A DNA stretch of 64,000 nucleotides from Trichodelitschia bisporula (lineage: Eukaryota): positions 753,061 through 817,060 of the forward strand of contig ML996695.1 of the NCBI GenBank assembly GCA_010356995.1. Direction: 5' to 3'. This document shows, piece by piece, positions 10,035 to 21,925 of the stretch. How positions within the stretch are numbered: position 1 is the stretch's first letter; each line of letters opens with the position of its first letter. Under the pieces are notes generated by a model that saw only the letters and a program-made list of their open reading frames with translations, was not told the origin of the DNA and ran no database searches. The translations under genes were made by a program, and so were the position numbers.

Positions 10035-10610
10035 ACTGTAGGGGGAAATGAAGAGTGGAGAGCGCAATATGTGGGGTTAAGCCTTGACGACTTTTCCCAT
10101 CGTGGGATTTGGTGCCCACGCCCGTCACGTCCAAGGCTCCGGCGTCTCGCCGCCGCCGTCATTCCCGCCCTGCGCACTGCGGGCTGAAGGCGTGAATGCA
10201 GATTAAATACCAGCTCCCCATCCATCTTCCCATGCATGGGCCTACCCACGTTACCGCTGACGCCCCAGTCCACCTGGGCGCCACGCACGGGGGCAGACCA
10301 GGTGTTTAAGTGCGTGCTTCCTCTCGAACTCCTCCGGAGCCAGCTACGAGCCGCCCATCGCTGCCCTTCCTGCTTTCCCCTGATGTAGCTCCGGGGTGCT
10401 AGCTCTCCAAGCCATCCAAATCGCGTACCTGATGGTGACGCCACGCCAAGATCCCGGCGCTAAGGTCCCCTGTGGCTGGACTGCCCCGCTCTTCCCCACG
10501 GCGTCTCGCCGATGAAGAAGGGTGAAGGGTCGAACTTGTCTTTCATAGCAGACAGGTGATAGCCTTACCCTATTTCGACCTCACATCACCTGCCTCTATT
10601 CTCCCTCAAA

Positions 10611-11521
10611 ATGCCGCTGCAAGATCACCCCTTCGTATCCTACACCAACACCGCCTGGGCCAAACTCATCGCCCGCGCCGAAGGCGAATATACCGCCCTC
10701 GCCGCCCCGCCCGCCCTCGATGTCTCCTCTCCCGTGGCGCTGGCCGCCATAATTGACCACACGCACCTAACGCCCGGCTCTCCCCCCAGTGCAATCGGGC
10801 AACTCGTCAACGAAGCCGTGATCGGGGAATTCGGAGTCCGCACCTCACCCCCCCATTTCAAGCCGGAAGTACTGACTCCTTACAGGCCGTCTGTATATAT
10901 CCTGAACGTATCCCTCTCGCTCTCTCGCTCCTGTCGTCACCATCCCCGATCCTCCACCGCCCTAAGATCGCGACTGTGATTTCCTTCCCCGCAGGGACGA
11001 AAATGACGGCGGAGAAGGTGGCGGACGGGCAAGCTGCGCTAGCCGCCGGCGCGCAGGAGTTGGACGTTGTACTCAACCGCCGACCATTGCAAGAAGGGGA
11101 ATACGCGGCCGTTTATGCGGAGCTCGCGGCTGTGCGGGCCGGGTGCTCAGGGGTGCTCAAGCTCATTCTCGAGACGAGTCGACTTTCGGCACACGAGATA
11201 ATAGCAGCTACCGTGCTGGCGACGACCGCAGGGTGGGAGTTTGTGAAGACGAGTACGGGATTTCATGGCCCAGGCGCACGGGTGGAGGATGTGCGGGTTA
11301 TGCGGAGGGTGGGCCAGTGGATGGTGAAGTGGATGGGGGAGGAGGGGTTCTCGAGAGGAGTGCTGCAGGTCAAGGCGAGTGGAGGGATAAAAACGGTGGG
11401 GGATGCGAGGGCGATGGTTGAGGCTGGGGCGACGCGGATTGGGGCGAGTGCGGGAGTGGGAATTTTGAAGGAGGCGAAGGGGGATACGGCAAAGACTCGC
11501 GTTGAGGAAGGTGGGTATTGA
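10611..11521 (+). CDS. DERA: Deoxyribose-phosphate aldolase
   Basis: Exons 10611-10835 and 10886-11521. Motifs 'IDHTHL', 'AVCIYP', 'ATVISFPAG', 'LKLILET', Schiff-base 'FVKTSTG', 'VKASGGI', 'ATRIGAS'. Confidence 0.95.
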
Positions 11522-12533
11522 GGAAACAGGGTCGACATCAGGTCAAAGGATTCTGATATCGCCTCGAACGAGCCACGAGCATAAGACAGCACGTAAGGCT
11601 GGGACGAGGCTGAAAACTGTCTCTACGCTCTTAAAAGCACATATATCGCAAAAGCCGATATGGGCAAAGATCGACGGCTACCCGCTAGCCGCCCAATGGC
11701 TCTGTGGTGGTAGGCTGTCGACGATCACATGTAGCGAGATGGGCCCGTTTGACCCAAATGAGTGCCACGGCCCCTCCCGATTGCGTGTTTTGCGACCGGC
11801 GCTTTGGGATCCGGGAGTAGGACGCGGGAGTGAGTGGGACGCAGTACGGACGCAAGGTACGATAATTGAGAGCGGTGAGCGGGGTATGTTGCGTGCCACA
11901 GAGCGCAAAGCAGAATTGGGCACCGCGCATGCAAGTCGTTCACATTCCTCGAAGCATCTGCAGCATGCGTTCACGGCAGACGGGAAAGTGCAGAATGCAG
12001 CAATGCAGTAGCAGCAGCAGCAGCAGGATCAGCAGAGGCGCAGGTACCGTACGGTACGCAGCGGGGCTCCACTTTGTCATCGGGTACAACCGCGAGACAT
12101 GTGCTGCACCGCGCCGATTGCTAGTTCTACCGTAGCGGGTCAACGGCTTTTTGCGTCATCGCGCGACACCGGAAAAAGCAGCTCGGCGCCTGCCGCGCCC
12201 GCGTGCGCTGATCCGAAACCGAGCCGGCTTCCGAGCGGTGCTGGGCTTCTGGGCGGCGGGTGTGGGCTGGCACGACTGGATGGAGGTGCTGTTTGGTATT
12301 TATGGGAAGGTGGGGATGAAGGAGGATGATCGTGGCTGGGGGGGTACAAGAGGGTAGGGTGTTTTATGACGTGATACGGAGGGTTAAGAGGGATGTTGGA
12401 ATAAGACGGGAGGATGAGGGCCTGGAAACCTGGCGAAGGTTGAGATTGATCGACGGGAGGCCGTGGATTTGTATATAAAGATTGCTATGGGGAAGCGGTG
12501 GGGCTGCTAGGTGCTGGGATGGGGAGGGTTTGA

Positions 12534-12575
12534 TGCGGTAGGTAGCTGCGGTAGGTAGCTGCGGTAGGTAGCTGC
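12534..12575. repeat. 13-bp tandem repeat (TGCGGTAGGTAGC)x3
   Basis: Three perfect copies plus a partial copy, read directly. Confidence 0.9.
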
Positions 12576-14723
12576 CGGCTGAGGGAGGGGTGCCCCGAGA
12601 GGAGTGGTACATACTACGTAGTAAGGTGAATGACACTGAGGTATGGAGCCAGTGCAAGGCTGAGATGCGAGAAGCGCAAGAAGCGCAAACGATCAAGCTG
12701 TTGGTCAGTGTATGCATCCAAGTCATGAGCCGACAGGTCATGAGTCTCTCTTCTTTTTCTTGAATCTTGACGCAGAAATATGCAGACAACGACGTCGTGT
12801 TGTGCATTGCAGATGCATCTACGACCCCCTGGATGCAGCATGCACAATGCCCAAAGTAGACTAGAGGCTGTTCCATTGCAGCAGAGGGGGTGGTGAGCAG
12901 TGCGGGCCGCGTTGGCCAATGAGACTTTAGCGCAATGTGGAGTTGCGCGTCGCGTGGCTGTCCAGCCTCTCGGTTGCTTCGAAGTTTCCTTCAGAACTTC
13001 CTTTTTGCGGCTGCTCATTGCGCATTCCGGTCCGGTTTAGCCTTTTGCCGTAATGCCACATGGGCTTTTGATGCCTCTGGCCTTGACGCTAGGGAAAGAC
13101 CTAACGACACAGGGAATTGACAAGCGGCTGAACGACAGGTTTTATCGATTGGAACGCAATGCAGCCTTCTTGAGTCAAAGCCATACCATACTCAACGTTT
13201 GACAGTACAGCGCATCACTCCAGTCCTATTCGTGCAATTAATCGTCGCAGGCTGTGTGTCGAGCGAAGCCGCTTCTGTCAATGCTAGGCGGGGTCTTGGG
13301 GGGGATTGGGGAAGGCTACGGATGGCTGAAACGGGATGGGTCTCTTCGGTCGGTCCCTTCGTCTCTCACTCGTTATTCAGCTCATCCATCCCGTGTGTCG
13401 CCCCGGTCCCCTTCCCCTGTCCCCTTCGTCACTTATTCTCCCCCTCCATGACATTTGACCTTGTCGAGGCGAGAGATGGCAATGGGAAACGGGTAGGGTT
13501 GTCATGTCCAAGGATACCGTAATACAGTATCCTCTGTAATACCGTCTGGACACTGCATCGTAGTTCAACCTCTGTCGTACCCTCTCTTTCCCTCTTCTCT
13601 CTGCCCACCTCTACGGAAGTAGTTCTACTCTCTCCTCTCGCCTCTCTCCACTATCCCCACCCTCCCCGAGGCCCCCTCCCGCTCTCCTAAGTCCCCGCCA
13701 GCACGGCTTCGAAGCGGGTCTACGCAAAGTGGTCAGTGCCACACCTTAGCCTTTCCCTGGTGGCTTCTCCCTGGTGGCTTCTCCCTATCATCTCTCCCCC
13801 CCCCAAGACTAGCTACTGTTCAGCGGTCACTCCCGACTGCAGCGTGTCTTGCTGCTGTACGTCCCTCACTGAAAGTCTCACACAACTCCCTCCTCAATTC
13901 TCATCTCCCAATCTTATCCTCCTCATCCTCCCTCTCCCTCTGCCTCTCCCTCTGCCTCTCCCAGACGTCCTACATCAAATCCCATATTTGCGACTCTCTG
14001 GAAGAGGCTCCCGTAAACATCCCTAGATCTCATTGTCCATCACTCTCTGACCCATCTTCTCACCTCATCTCCCATCCCCCACTTTGTACCGTAGTGTCGC
14101 GACCTGGTCTGACCACGCTATTCTGATGTACGTCAATTCTCCCGCATCCGCCAGTTTCATCCACCACAGCTCCTCTCATCAAACTTGTCCCAAGTCTCAA
14201 AAAGGCTGCCAACCCCCTCAGACACCCCCTCCTCTCTTCCGCTTCTTCTCTTCGCACTCACGCGTTTCCTAATGCGTTCCTTTCCCTTCTCTTTTTGGCT
14301 TCATGCTTGACCTATATTTCATGCTACTATAGCTCAACCGTCTCTAACTATCCAGTACTGTTACTCAGCCGTTTCCACCAACCCAACTTCTTGCTGAACC
14401 TTATTCTTCGGCCGCGCCGCCGCATTTCTTACCATTCGAAAGAGCTGTGCGACACTGGCCGCCGCAACACCCGTTTCCTTTCCTCGCCATTTCCGTCCAA
14501 TGTCCCTGCGCCAGACGCCAGTCGAACCCCATGTGCCTTCTGTGAATGGCCGGATGTCGAAGTAGAGGGCATTAAGTCCGCTCATTCCTTGGAAGCCAAC
14601 CCGTCTGGAATAATCCGACCTTTCTACTCCTCGGGTGACTTGGATCACCGCCTGGCTGGACCCTGATTAACTTGAACCCACGAGACCTGATATCGAGAAA
14701 GAGCAAGGAGGAATTTGAGGTCG

Positions 14724-17366
14724 ATGAGCCACTGGTATCGTGATCCCGGCGCGCCGGGTGGGGAGCAGCGACACGATGCACCGACGGGGTCGATGCGGTC
14801 GGCAAGAGAAAGGTTAGCGGAGGCGCAGCGCTTGCGCGCCGAGAATGCGCAATACCCGGAAAGAAGACCGCCACCTCAGCCTTCAATATCGCCTGCCGTG
14901 GAGGGACCTACTCAGCCTTCCCAATGGCCATTGCGGGACGACAGTGGTATGTACGAACGGCCGGGCGACTGGCCGCAGGATGCGTACAACTATGACCCGC
15001 AGCCGCCGCAGAGGGCCTTTCAGCCGCCTGAACCACCCACATTCCTGGATATGAACGATTCGCCACGCATGCAGCAGCAGTACATAAACCAGCAACAGCC
15101 ACAGGTAACCTACGAAAACGACGATTTTCTCTCACCCTACGCGTACGCTTCTCCCAATGCCTCTCGACTTACCGGCTCCTCATTAGCTTCAACCTCTTCT
15201 TCGTTGGGATCAATACCCGATTTTCCTGTCCCGACTGGTGTTCCGTCTGGAGTACCCGCCGGATATACGACCGGACCCCAAGTGGCAATTCCATCTTCGC
15301 GGCGAAGTCAGACTCTCTTGGGACCCCCTCCTTCTGCGCGCCGAGGGCCGTCGTCATACTACTCACAAATATCATTCGTCTCACCGATCGCCGAGGAATC
15401 CGAAGCTCGAGGATCTCTGGGATCATTTGCATCGAGCCATGCGCTTCCCGGCGAAAATGCAGACTTCTACTTGGAAGAAGGTGAAGGCGAGATGCCGTCG
15501 GACGAGGAGACCCCGAAAGTGGAGACTGGTCGCGAATTCGGCGCCGGAGATCGCCACCTTGAAACGGGACTGGTTCGGCAAGCTAGCATTGGCAAGAGAG
15601 GGAAGCCGTCTCTGACAACAATCCGGAATTCGGATAATGGTGCTTCGAAGTCACCGGCCGTACCCAGTGCGCGGTCAATGCTGCCCTCACAGACCCCACA
15701 GGCGTGGGAAAAGGAGACGAACAGGACGGCCATCAACAGTCCCTTGGGAAACGGAAGCGTACTGCTTGACCCATCGTCGTCAGATGAGACGCTCGGCAAA
15801 GAGGTTGATGGGGCGGTCAGATATATGCCGTCGAGAGAGTCTCTCAGACAGGAAAAGCTATCATCCCCGGACATGATGCACCCGAAAAATTACGTCGTTT
15901 CGCCAAGGTCGTACCGCTCTCCTGTGTCGCACTCCGGGTCAAGGTCGCCGCTCTTTGTTACAGATGGGGGAGACCGTGCCTTCAAGGAGATGGACGGCGC
16001 TTCGATTCACAGCGCCGAGTCTGCCAATGATCTTCAGCGACCAGGCAGTACACTTGGAAATCGTGTCAGCTCGCGCGGCCCATCGCGGATGAACCTGGAC
16101 GCCTCGCGCGAGTCTGAAGTACGCAGCAGCATGACCAGCCTCCCTGACCTGATCCGGCGTGCAACGAGGCTGGCGGCCAATCTCGACCGTGGCAGGACGG
16201 CGAGTAGACTGGGATTCAACTGGGCGCTCGAGGACGGTGCTCGAACACCAAACAGTGAGGGCAGCGGGCACGGCAGACAGCGTAAGTCGCAAGCATCGCT
16301 CTCGGGTATGTTGGACTCTTTCCCGCCTCCCGCGCAAACACCCACGTCGCCACGCACGGAATGGCCATCTACGAACCAGTCTTCCTTTGTCCCGCCGAAC
16401 AAGCGTTTCTATCCTGACGAGAAGCGCGAAAAGAGATCGCTCAGGGAAAGCTGCATCAACATGCGGCGATGGAAGTTCTTCCTTATTCTCGTCATCCTAC
16501 TCGTTTGCATCGCTCTCGCCGTTGCCATTCCCGTCACCCTCATCGTCGTTCCCCGCATGTCCGCATCGACGGACAAATCTAGCGCCGCCTCAGGGAGTGC
16601 GCTGTGCAAGGCGGCTATCGTCTGCCAAAACGGAGGTAGCTCGGTCCTACTTCAGAGTGGAGGCTGCGGATGTCTCTGCACTAACGGCTACACCGGCCCG
16701 CGTTGCACCAATCTGTCAGACGCAGGTTGCGCTACAACATCGTCCGGATCATTTCAAAATGCGACTGTAGGATCGCAGATCCCGGATCTACTTCGTCAGG
16801 CGGGCCCGGTGTTCGGTGTTCCGCTCGAGGGCGACAAGGTGCTCGATATCTTTGCTAGGATGAACCTTACGTGCTCTGGCGAAAATGCGTTGATTACGCT
16901 CACAGGGTCGAGCAACGAAAAGCGGGTGGCCAAAGACCAGCAGGTGCGACGCTTGCGGAGAACCCCTACTCAGATTGCGTCGACGAGCAACGGCATCGTC
17001 ATTGCTGCTTCCACAACATCGGCATATACGGCTACGGCCACATCTACTCCCGTGAGCACCGCTGCGCCGGGAACAAACAAAACTTCGCGGACGTTTGCGC
17101 GGATTGGCGTATTGTACGTGCTGCAGGAGAGTCTGCAGCTGGAGGTAGCGCTCAAGGCGCAGGAAAAGCTGTCGTCATACATGATGACAGCGACGAAGCA
17201 AGGCAGCACGGTCGACTATGCGCGCAACATAACTTTGGGAAACGGGTACGCGATCGACCTGTGGTTTTTCAGCATCAAGACGGCGAATGGGACGAAGGTC
17301 GGGGTAGGGGCGTTGGGGAATGGAACCAAGCCAGCTACGAAGGGGAGAAGAGGGTTGCTGTTTTAG
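14724..17366 (+). CDS. Single-pass membrane protein with a long low-complexity N-terminus and an EGF-like domain
   Basis: Intronless ORF with first ATG at 14724. TM segment 'FFLILVILLVCIALAVAIPVTLIVVP' followed by 'CQNGGSS...CGCLCTNGYTGPRC'. Confidence 0.85.
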   Translation: MSHWYRDPGAPGGEQRHDAPTGSMRSARERLAEAQRLRAENAQYPERRPPPQPSISPAVEGPTQPSQWPLRDDSGMYERPGDWPQDAYNYDPQPPQRAFQPPEPPTFLDMNDSPRMQQQYINQQQPQVTYENDDFLSPYAYASPNASRLTGSSLASTSSSLGSIPDFPVPTGVPSGVPAGYTTGPQVAIPSSRRSQTLLGPPPSARRGPSSYYSQISFVSPIAEESEARGSLGSFASSHALPGENADFYLEEGEGEMPSDEETPKVETGREFGAGDRHLETGLVRQASIGKRGKPSLTTIRNSDNGASKSPAVPSARSMLPSQTPQAWEKETNRTAINSPLGNGSVLLDPSSSDETLGKEVDGAVRYMPSRESLRQEKLSSPDMMHPKNYVVSPRSYRSPVSHSGSRSPLFVTDGGDRAFKEMDGASIHSAESANDLQRPGSTLGNRVSSRGPSRMNLDASRESEVRSSMTSLPDLIRRATRLAANLDRGRTASRLGFNWALEDGARTPNSEGSGHGRQRKSQASLSGMLDSFPPPAQTPTSPRTEWPSTNQSSFVPPNKRFYPDEKREKRSLRESCINMRRWKFFLILVILLVCIALAVAIPVTLIVVPRMSASTDKSSAASGSALCKAAIVCQNGGSSVLLQSGGCGCLCTNGYTGPRCTNLSDAGCATTSSGSFQNATVGSQIPDLLRQAGPVFGVPLEGDKVLDIFARMNLTCSGENALITLTGSSNEKRVAKDQQVRRLRRTPTQIASTSNGIVIAASTTSAYTATATSTPVSTAAPGTNKTSRTFARIGVLYVLQESLQLEVALKAQEKLSSYMMTATKQGSTVDYARNITLGNGYAIDLWFFSIKTANGTKVGVGALGNGTKPATKGRRGLLF

Positions 17367-18170
17367 GTGTTGGTTCTGTTTCTGGCTTGCATGATTTGGA
17401 CGGGTGGGATGGCCGGCACTTTTCGCTTCTTCCCTCGACATCTCACACGCGCTGCGCTATTTTCCCATCCTCCTCTTCGACTCTCCACCACGATGCGCGA
17501 CATCTCTTTACCTCTTACGAGAATTTCGGCGCGCCAGGCGCACCACGGACACGGCCTTGTGAACGCAATTCCCCCTCTTACTCGCACGATCGAGCTCATT
17601 GATCTACCTCTTCTTCATACCTCCGACGGCGTCACTGCTCTTTTCAGTCCGGGGGACGGATACTCCTGATGTGTGCTTATTTAGTGTTCACTTCTTCCAT
17701 GTGCCTAATGTCCTCGGAATTTCGGGGCTAGGAGTGGGCTGGTTTGCCGCGGGCTTACGGTTTGTGTGCACGGCGCCAGGTGTGGACTGTTTTATACCTT
17801 TCTGTTCATGGGTCGGGTGACGGGAATGTTGGAGCTGTACATAGGTTCTGGTGTGATGGATGTTGGGAGTAGGAGCCGTAGCTCATAGTAGCAACTAGTG
17901 AATATACGGCAATTTTAGTGTGCTTTGTTCAGCCACGATCTTGAACTGTAGTCCGCAGAAGAAACGCAATGTGATGCCGTCTTGCCGACTTGCTTTGAAT
18001 TGAGGTCATGTGACAAGCCCCTTGCGCCGCATCACAACTTCCAGCAGCTGCAGGCGCGCCTCGACTCCGAGCTCCCAACGTAACGACACGTCCAGACCAC
18101 GCCTCGTAGCTTCATACGTACACCCTCACTTTACCAACAGTTACGGAGCGCATGTCAAGAGGGGTTCGGC

Positions 18171-18678
18171 ATGCTGTTTTTTAGGTACGTGGGCCTCGCA
18201 GGCTTGACGGCTGCACCGCCAACGCCCCCCGCTCCTCTAACCCCGCCGTCACTGCGGGAAACAGTTCAACTGTGCAGAAGTGCTAACTGTGCATAGCTTC
18301 TTCAAGACCCTCGTAGGGCAAGAGGTCACTGTGGAGCTGAAGAACGACATTTCCATCCGCGGGACACTGAAGAGCGTGGACCAGTTCTTGAATATCAAGC
18401 TGGAGAATATTAGCGTTGTGGAGGAGATCAAGTACCCGCATCTGGTATGCTTGCTTGATTTGGTGCTGGAGTGGATGGCTGATGCGGTCAGAGTGCGGTC
18501 AAGAGCGTGTTCATCCGCGGCAGCACGGTGCGCTTCGTTCACCTCCCCGCGACACAAGTGGACACGGCGCTGTTGCAGGATGCGACGAGGAGAGGTGGGC
18601 CTCATGTGGTGGTGAATGGGACATGGCTGACGAGGCATAGAAGCTGCGCAGGCGGGGGGCAAGGCGAAGCTGGGATGA
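18171..18678 (+). CDS. LSM2: U6 snRNA-associated Sm-like protein LSm2
   Basis: Exons 18171-18184, 18297-18444, 18492-18594, 18641-18678. Gives MLFFSFFKTLVGQEVTVELKNDISIRGTLKSVDQFLNIKL...SAVKSVFIRGSTVRFV...LLQDATRREA. Confidence 0.95.
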
Positions 18679-18985
18679 GGGATGGCGGTGCGGTCCGGAA
18701 TACTACTCGGCGCTTGAACAGGGACGATGTACTGGGATACACTGAGGCATGGTGCGTGGGACAGGACAAGAGGGCAAAATGGGCATTGGCGCCGGAGTTG
18801 TGGAATGGCTCTCTTATCAAGGCGTGGCGCGTGGCTTTGCCTATTCTTGTGCTTGGAGCTTTAGAGCTCTCCGCTGGATATAGCGGCACGGATAAATTGC
18901 CCAGCCCTATGCCCGCGGGCTCATCAAGAACACCTGTGTCTACATATTTTTTTCTTGTATGCCATAGCAACAGCATATCAAACCT

Positions 18986-19543
18986 TCACCCCCTCACACG
19001 TACGAATGCATCCAGTCCAGTGTCAAACTTCTGACACCGAATGGGCATCTCAACTGTATAAAACGGATTTTTCATCACATAATCCGCATACAACTCGTAG
19101 ATCTTCTTCAGTACCACGTCGACATTCGGCTGTGCCGGCTCCGTGAGCAACAGAAACTTCGTCCCCGTCAACGTCTGGAAGCACGTGAGTCGGAAATGCG
19201 ACGACTCTAGGACTTCGAGCCCGGACGGGCGAACGGGGAATGCGGGTGCGCTGGTGCTATTGACCCCGCTGGTGCTTGTTGAGGCGGAGATGGAGGTTGA
19301 GGGTTGGACTGGGCGCACGGCGTCTGGGACGAGGGAGCGTGTTATGGCGTGCACGCCGTGGAAGGTTCCGGCGAGGATCAGCAGGTCGTTGCTGCTCAGC
19401 TTGGCCAGGCCGGCGTGGAATTCCCGCGAGTAGACTAGGCCACCGGCTTTGTTGATTATGAGGAGGGAGAAGACGACCCTACGCCTGGGTTAGTACATGG
19501 GGCTCTTTTTTTAAGGGTGTGGGGTTGGGATGGGGAAGTACAT
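18986..19543 (-). CDS. TRS23: TRAPP complex subunit 4 (sybindin-like)
   Basis: Start codon split AT|G by intron 19541-19479. Translation MVVFSLLIINKAGGLVY...SSNDLLILAGTFHGVHAI...FQTLTGTKF...YADYVMKNPFY. Confidence 0.93.
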
Positions 19544-20230
19544 GGCTATGCGGACAGTGAGGGACGGGGCGAGCGGTGAGTGGGTGGGTTAGCTGTGCGT
19601 TTGGAGTGCTGATAGCATTATGCGATGAGTTGAGGGCGGGGTAGGGTGGGACGTCCGGAAAGAGTAGTGATGGCGCTGGGGATGGCGATATCGAGGGGGT
19701 AACGAGAGGTCGTGGAGTATTGAGCGGTAGGGCTGAAAGCATACATACCTTGGGAATCGATAACGCCAAGGACGGTCCAAGCTCGGGGAGGTTTGCGGAG
19801 AAAGGACCGTGCGTTGGATGCGTGGTTGGAGCCGTGGCGTTTCTGGGCTGGTTGGGGCTTAGTGGCATGTGGCTTGTTCCGACAACTGTGGATGTCCGTC
19901 GGTGACCACACTCAGTTATTGTCCGAAGTTCTCTCATCGCCTTTCCCCCAAGTCGGCCTTTGTCAAACTTGCCTTTCGTCCAAATCTTTCTCGAACGAGA
20001 TAAGATCAAACTTGAACTCTTTCTTTACATTTCCATCTTGCTCTGGTGTCACAAACTTCCTTCTTTCACCGCAACATCGTGCCTAGTCTTTCATATGCTC
20101 AAGCACTAAGCTCCACTTTACCTACCCCCGCTTTACCCCTCCAACCGCCCTTGTTTGCCGCAAGTATCGCTACAGCTACAACACCTCCTCTTGTCCAGCT
20201 CCTAGGTGCTCCTGCAGCCTAGCTACTATC

Positions 20231-21925
20231 ATGTCCGACCATAGTGTTCTACGGATCACTCGTGTACGTAGTCTCTTCAACTTATCCTCGTATGTCTCGT
20301 ATGCAGGCCGCTGATTCTCGACCTTTTTTCTGTAGGAACTCTACGAGCTCACCAAGGGCGGTGATCTATGTAAGCGTCCCAGATAAGCAACAGCATACCG
20401 TAGTCGTGACGATGAGCTGATGCGGATAAACAGCCATTGCCGCGGCCTGCCGTGATGTGGACGTACGGCGCGTCCGCGCCCTTATTATCGGCCCACCGGA
20501 CACGCCGTATGAGTTCGGTTTCTTCGAGGTAGGACCCACCACAATTTGAATTTCCGGGGCATGCGTACTAATACGGATAGTTCCTGATCAAGTTTGGCAA
20601 AGGTGGGGGAGGCCGATTCGGGCCGATGAGAGCCGGGCTGATATGCTAGACTACCCGACTAAGGCGCCATACGTGATCTCTCTGACTACGAACCGTGGCC
20701 AGACTCGTTTCAACCCCAATATCTACAGCATTGGGAAGGTCTGCCTGTAGGTTGTCTGCCTAAGCTTGTTGGGCCTACCACTAATACCTTTAGGTCCATC
20801 CTTGGGTGCGTGATTTCATCCTTATGGGGCCCGCAGCTAATATACGCAGCACATGGCGGGGTTCGAGCGGTGAGGAGTGGTCTTCAGCCCAGGGACTGGA
20901 GTCTGTACTGCTCTCCATTCAGTCGCTCATGTCGTCGAATCCGTACGAGAACGAACCAGGGTTCGAGGAAGCCCGTGGTGAAGAAGACAAGAAGCTCCAA
21001 CAACTCTACGTTGAAAAAGTGCGTTTCGTAAACGTTTTCCTTCCGCAGCTATTGACCGGGGTAGATCCGCCATGAAACTCTCCGCATCTCTGTCATCGAG
21101 CGCCTCGAGGACCATCTGGGCATCGATCGAAAGCAGAATAAGCGGCCCACACACATCACCCCGGACGCTGAGCCCAATCCTGAAGTGGATGAGTGGGAGC
21201 CGTTCAAGGACAAGTGCAAGCTGCGATGTCTCTGGTACTTCCAGTCCTACATGAATAGCATCAATGACGGTATGGCGAAGCACAAGGATGGAACTCGGTT
21301 CGAGCGCATGCCATTCGAAGGTCACGGCAATCAAATGGACGGTCAATTTATGTACTCGCAGCTGAAGAAGCGCCTGCTCGTAGTGCGCGAGAAGCTCGAT
21401 GAGGAGACGGCCTTGTGGGCTGGCGAGGGCCTTATTGCGGTTCAAAAGGAGCTGACTATTGCGAACAACATCAAGCGGCAGTACGAACAGACAGTGGAGC
21501 TGTTCAAGCGCTTGGACAGCCCCTTGGACATTGAGCTCATCGACGACAACCCATTCGTGTGGATCCTGACGCTCGTCGGGCAGCCGATGACGAACCTGGA
21601 CGCGGGTATCGTGCGTATCCGCATGCACATCAGTCCAAACTTCCCTGAGGAGCAGCCACGAGTTGTTGTGCTGACACCGCTGTTCCACCACCGCATCTCC
21701 AGCTCCGGGCAACTCTGCTACTTCACGACCCGCGACTCGAGCAACCTCGCCTCGCACGTACAGGCCATCATAACGGCCATTGAGGATGAGAATCCAGCCT
21801 ACGATCCCCGTACCCTGGTCAATCCCGAGGCGGCGAAGCTGCTGTGGGGCAGCCCCGAGGACAAGAAGACGTACAACCGGCGGCTGCGACGGAGTGTCCA
21901 GGACAGTCTTGAGTATGGCTACTAA
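20231..21925 (+). CDS. Ubiquitin-conjugating enzyme, UBE2Z-like, with two UBC domains
   Basis: Exons 20231-20263, 20336-20369, 20434-20528, 20581-20602, 20650-20746, 20794-20805, 20850-21018, 21065-21925. First domain '[14 protein letters not shown]', '[20 protein letters not shown]', 'PYENEPG'; second domain 'FPEEQPRV...[14 protein letters not shown]'. Confidence 0.9.

Noticed and set aside
10032..10190. Cryptic peroxisomal isoform of RPE1 by stop readthrough
   Set aside because: Stop context is TGA ACT, not TGA CTA, and the in-frame extension does not end in a PTS1 tripeptide.
10611..10979. Intron-retained DERA frame ends in SRL (PTS1-like)
   Set aside because: The product would be a 122-aa fragment lacking the catalytic lysines; most likely coincidence.
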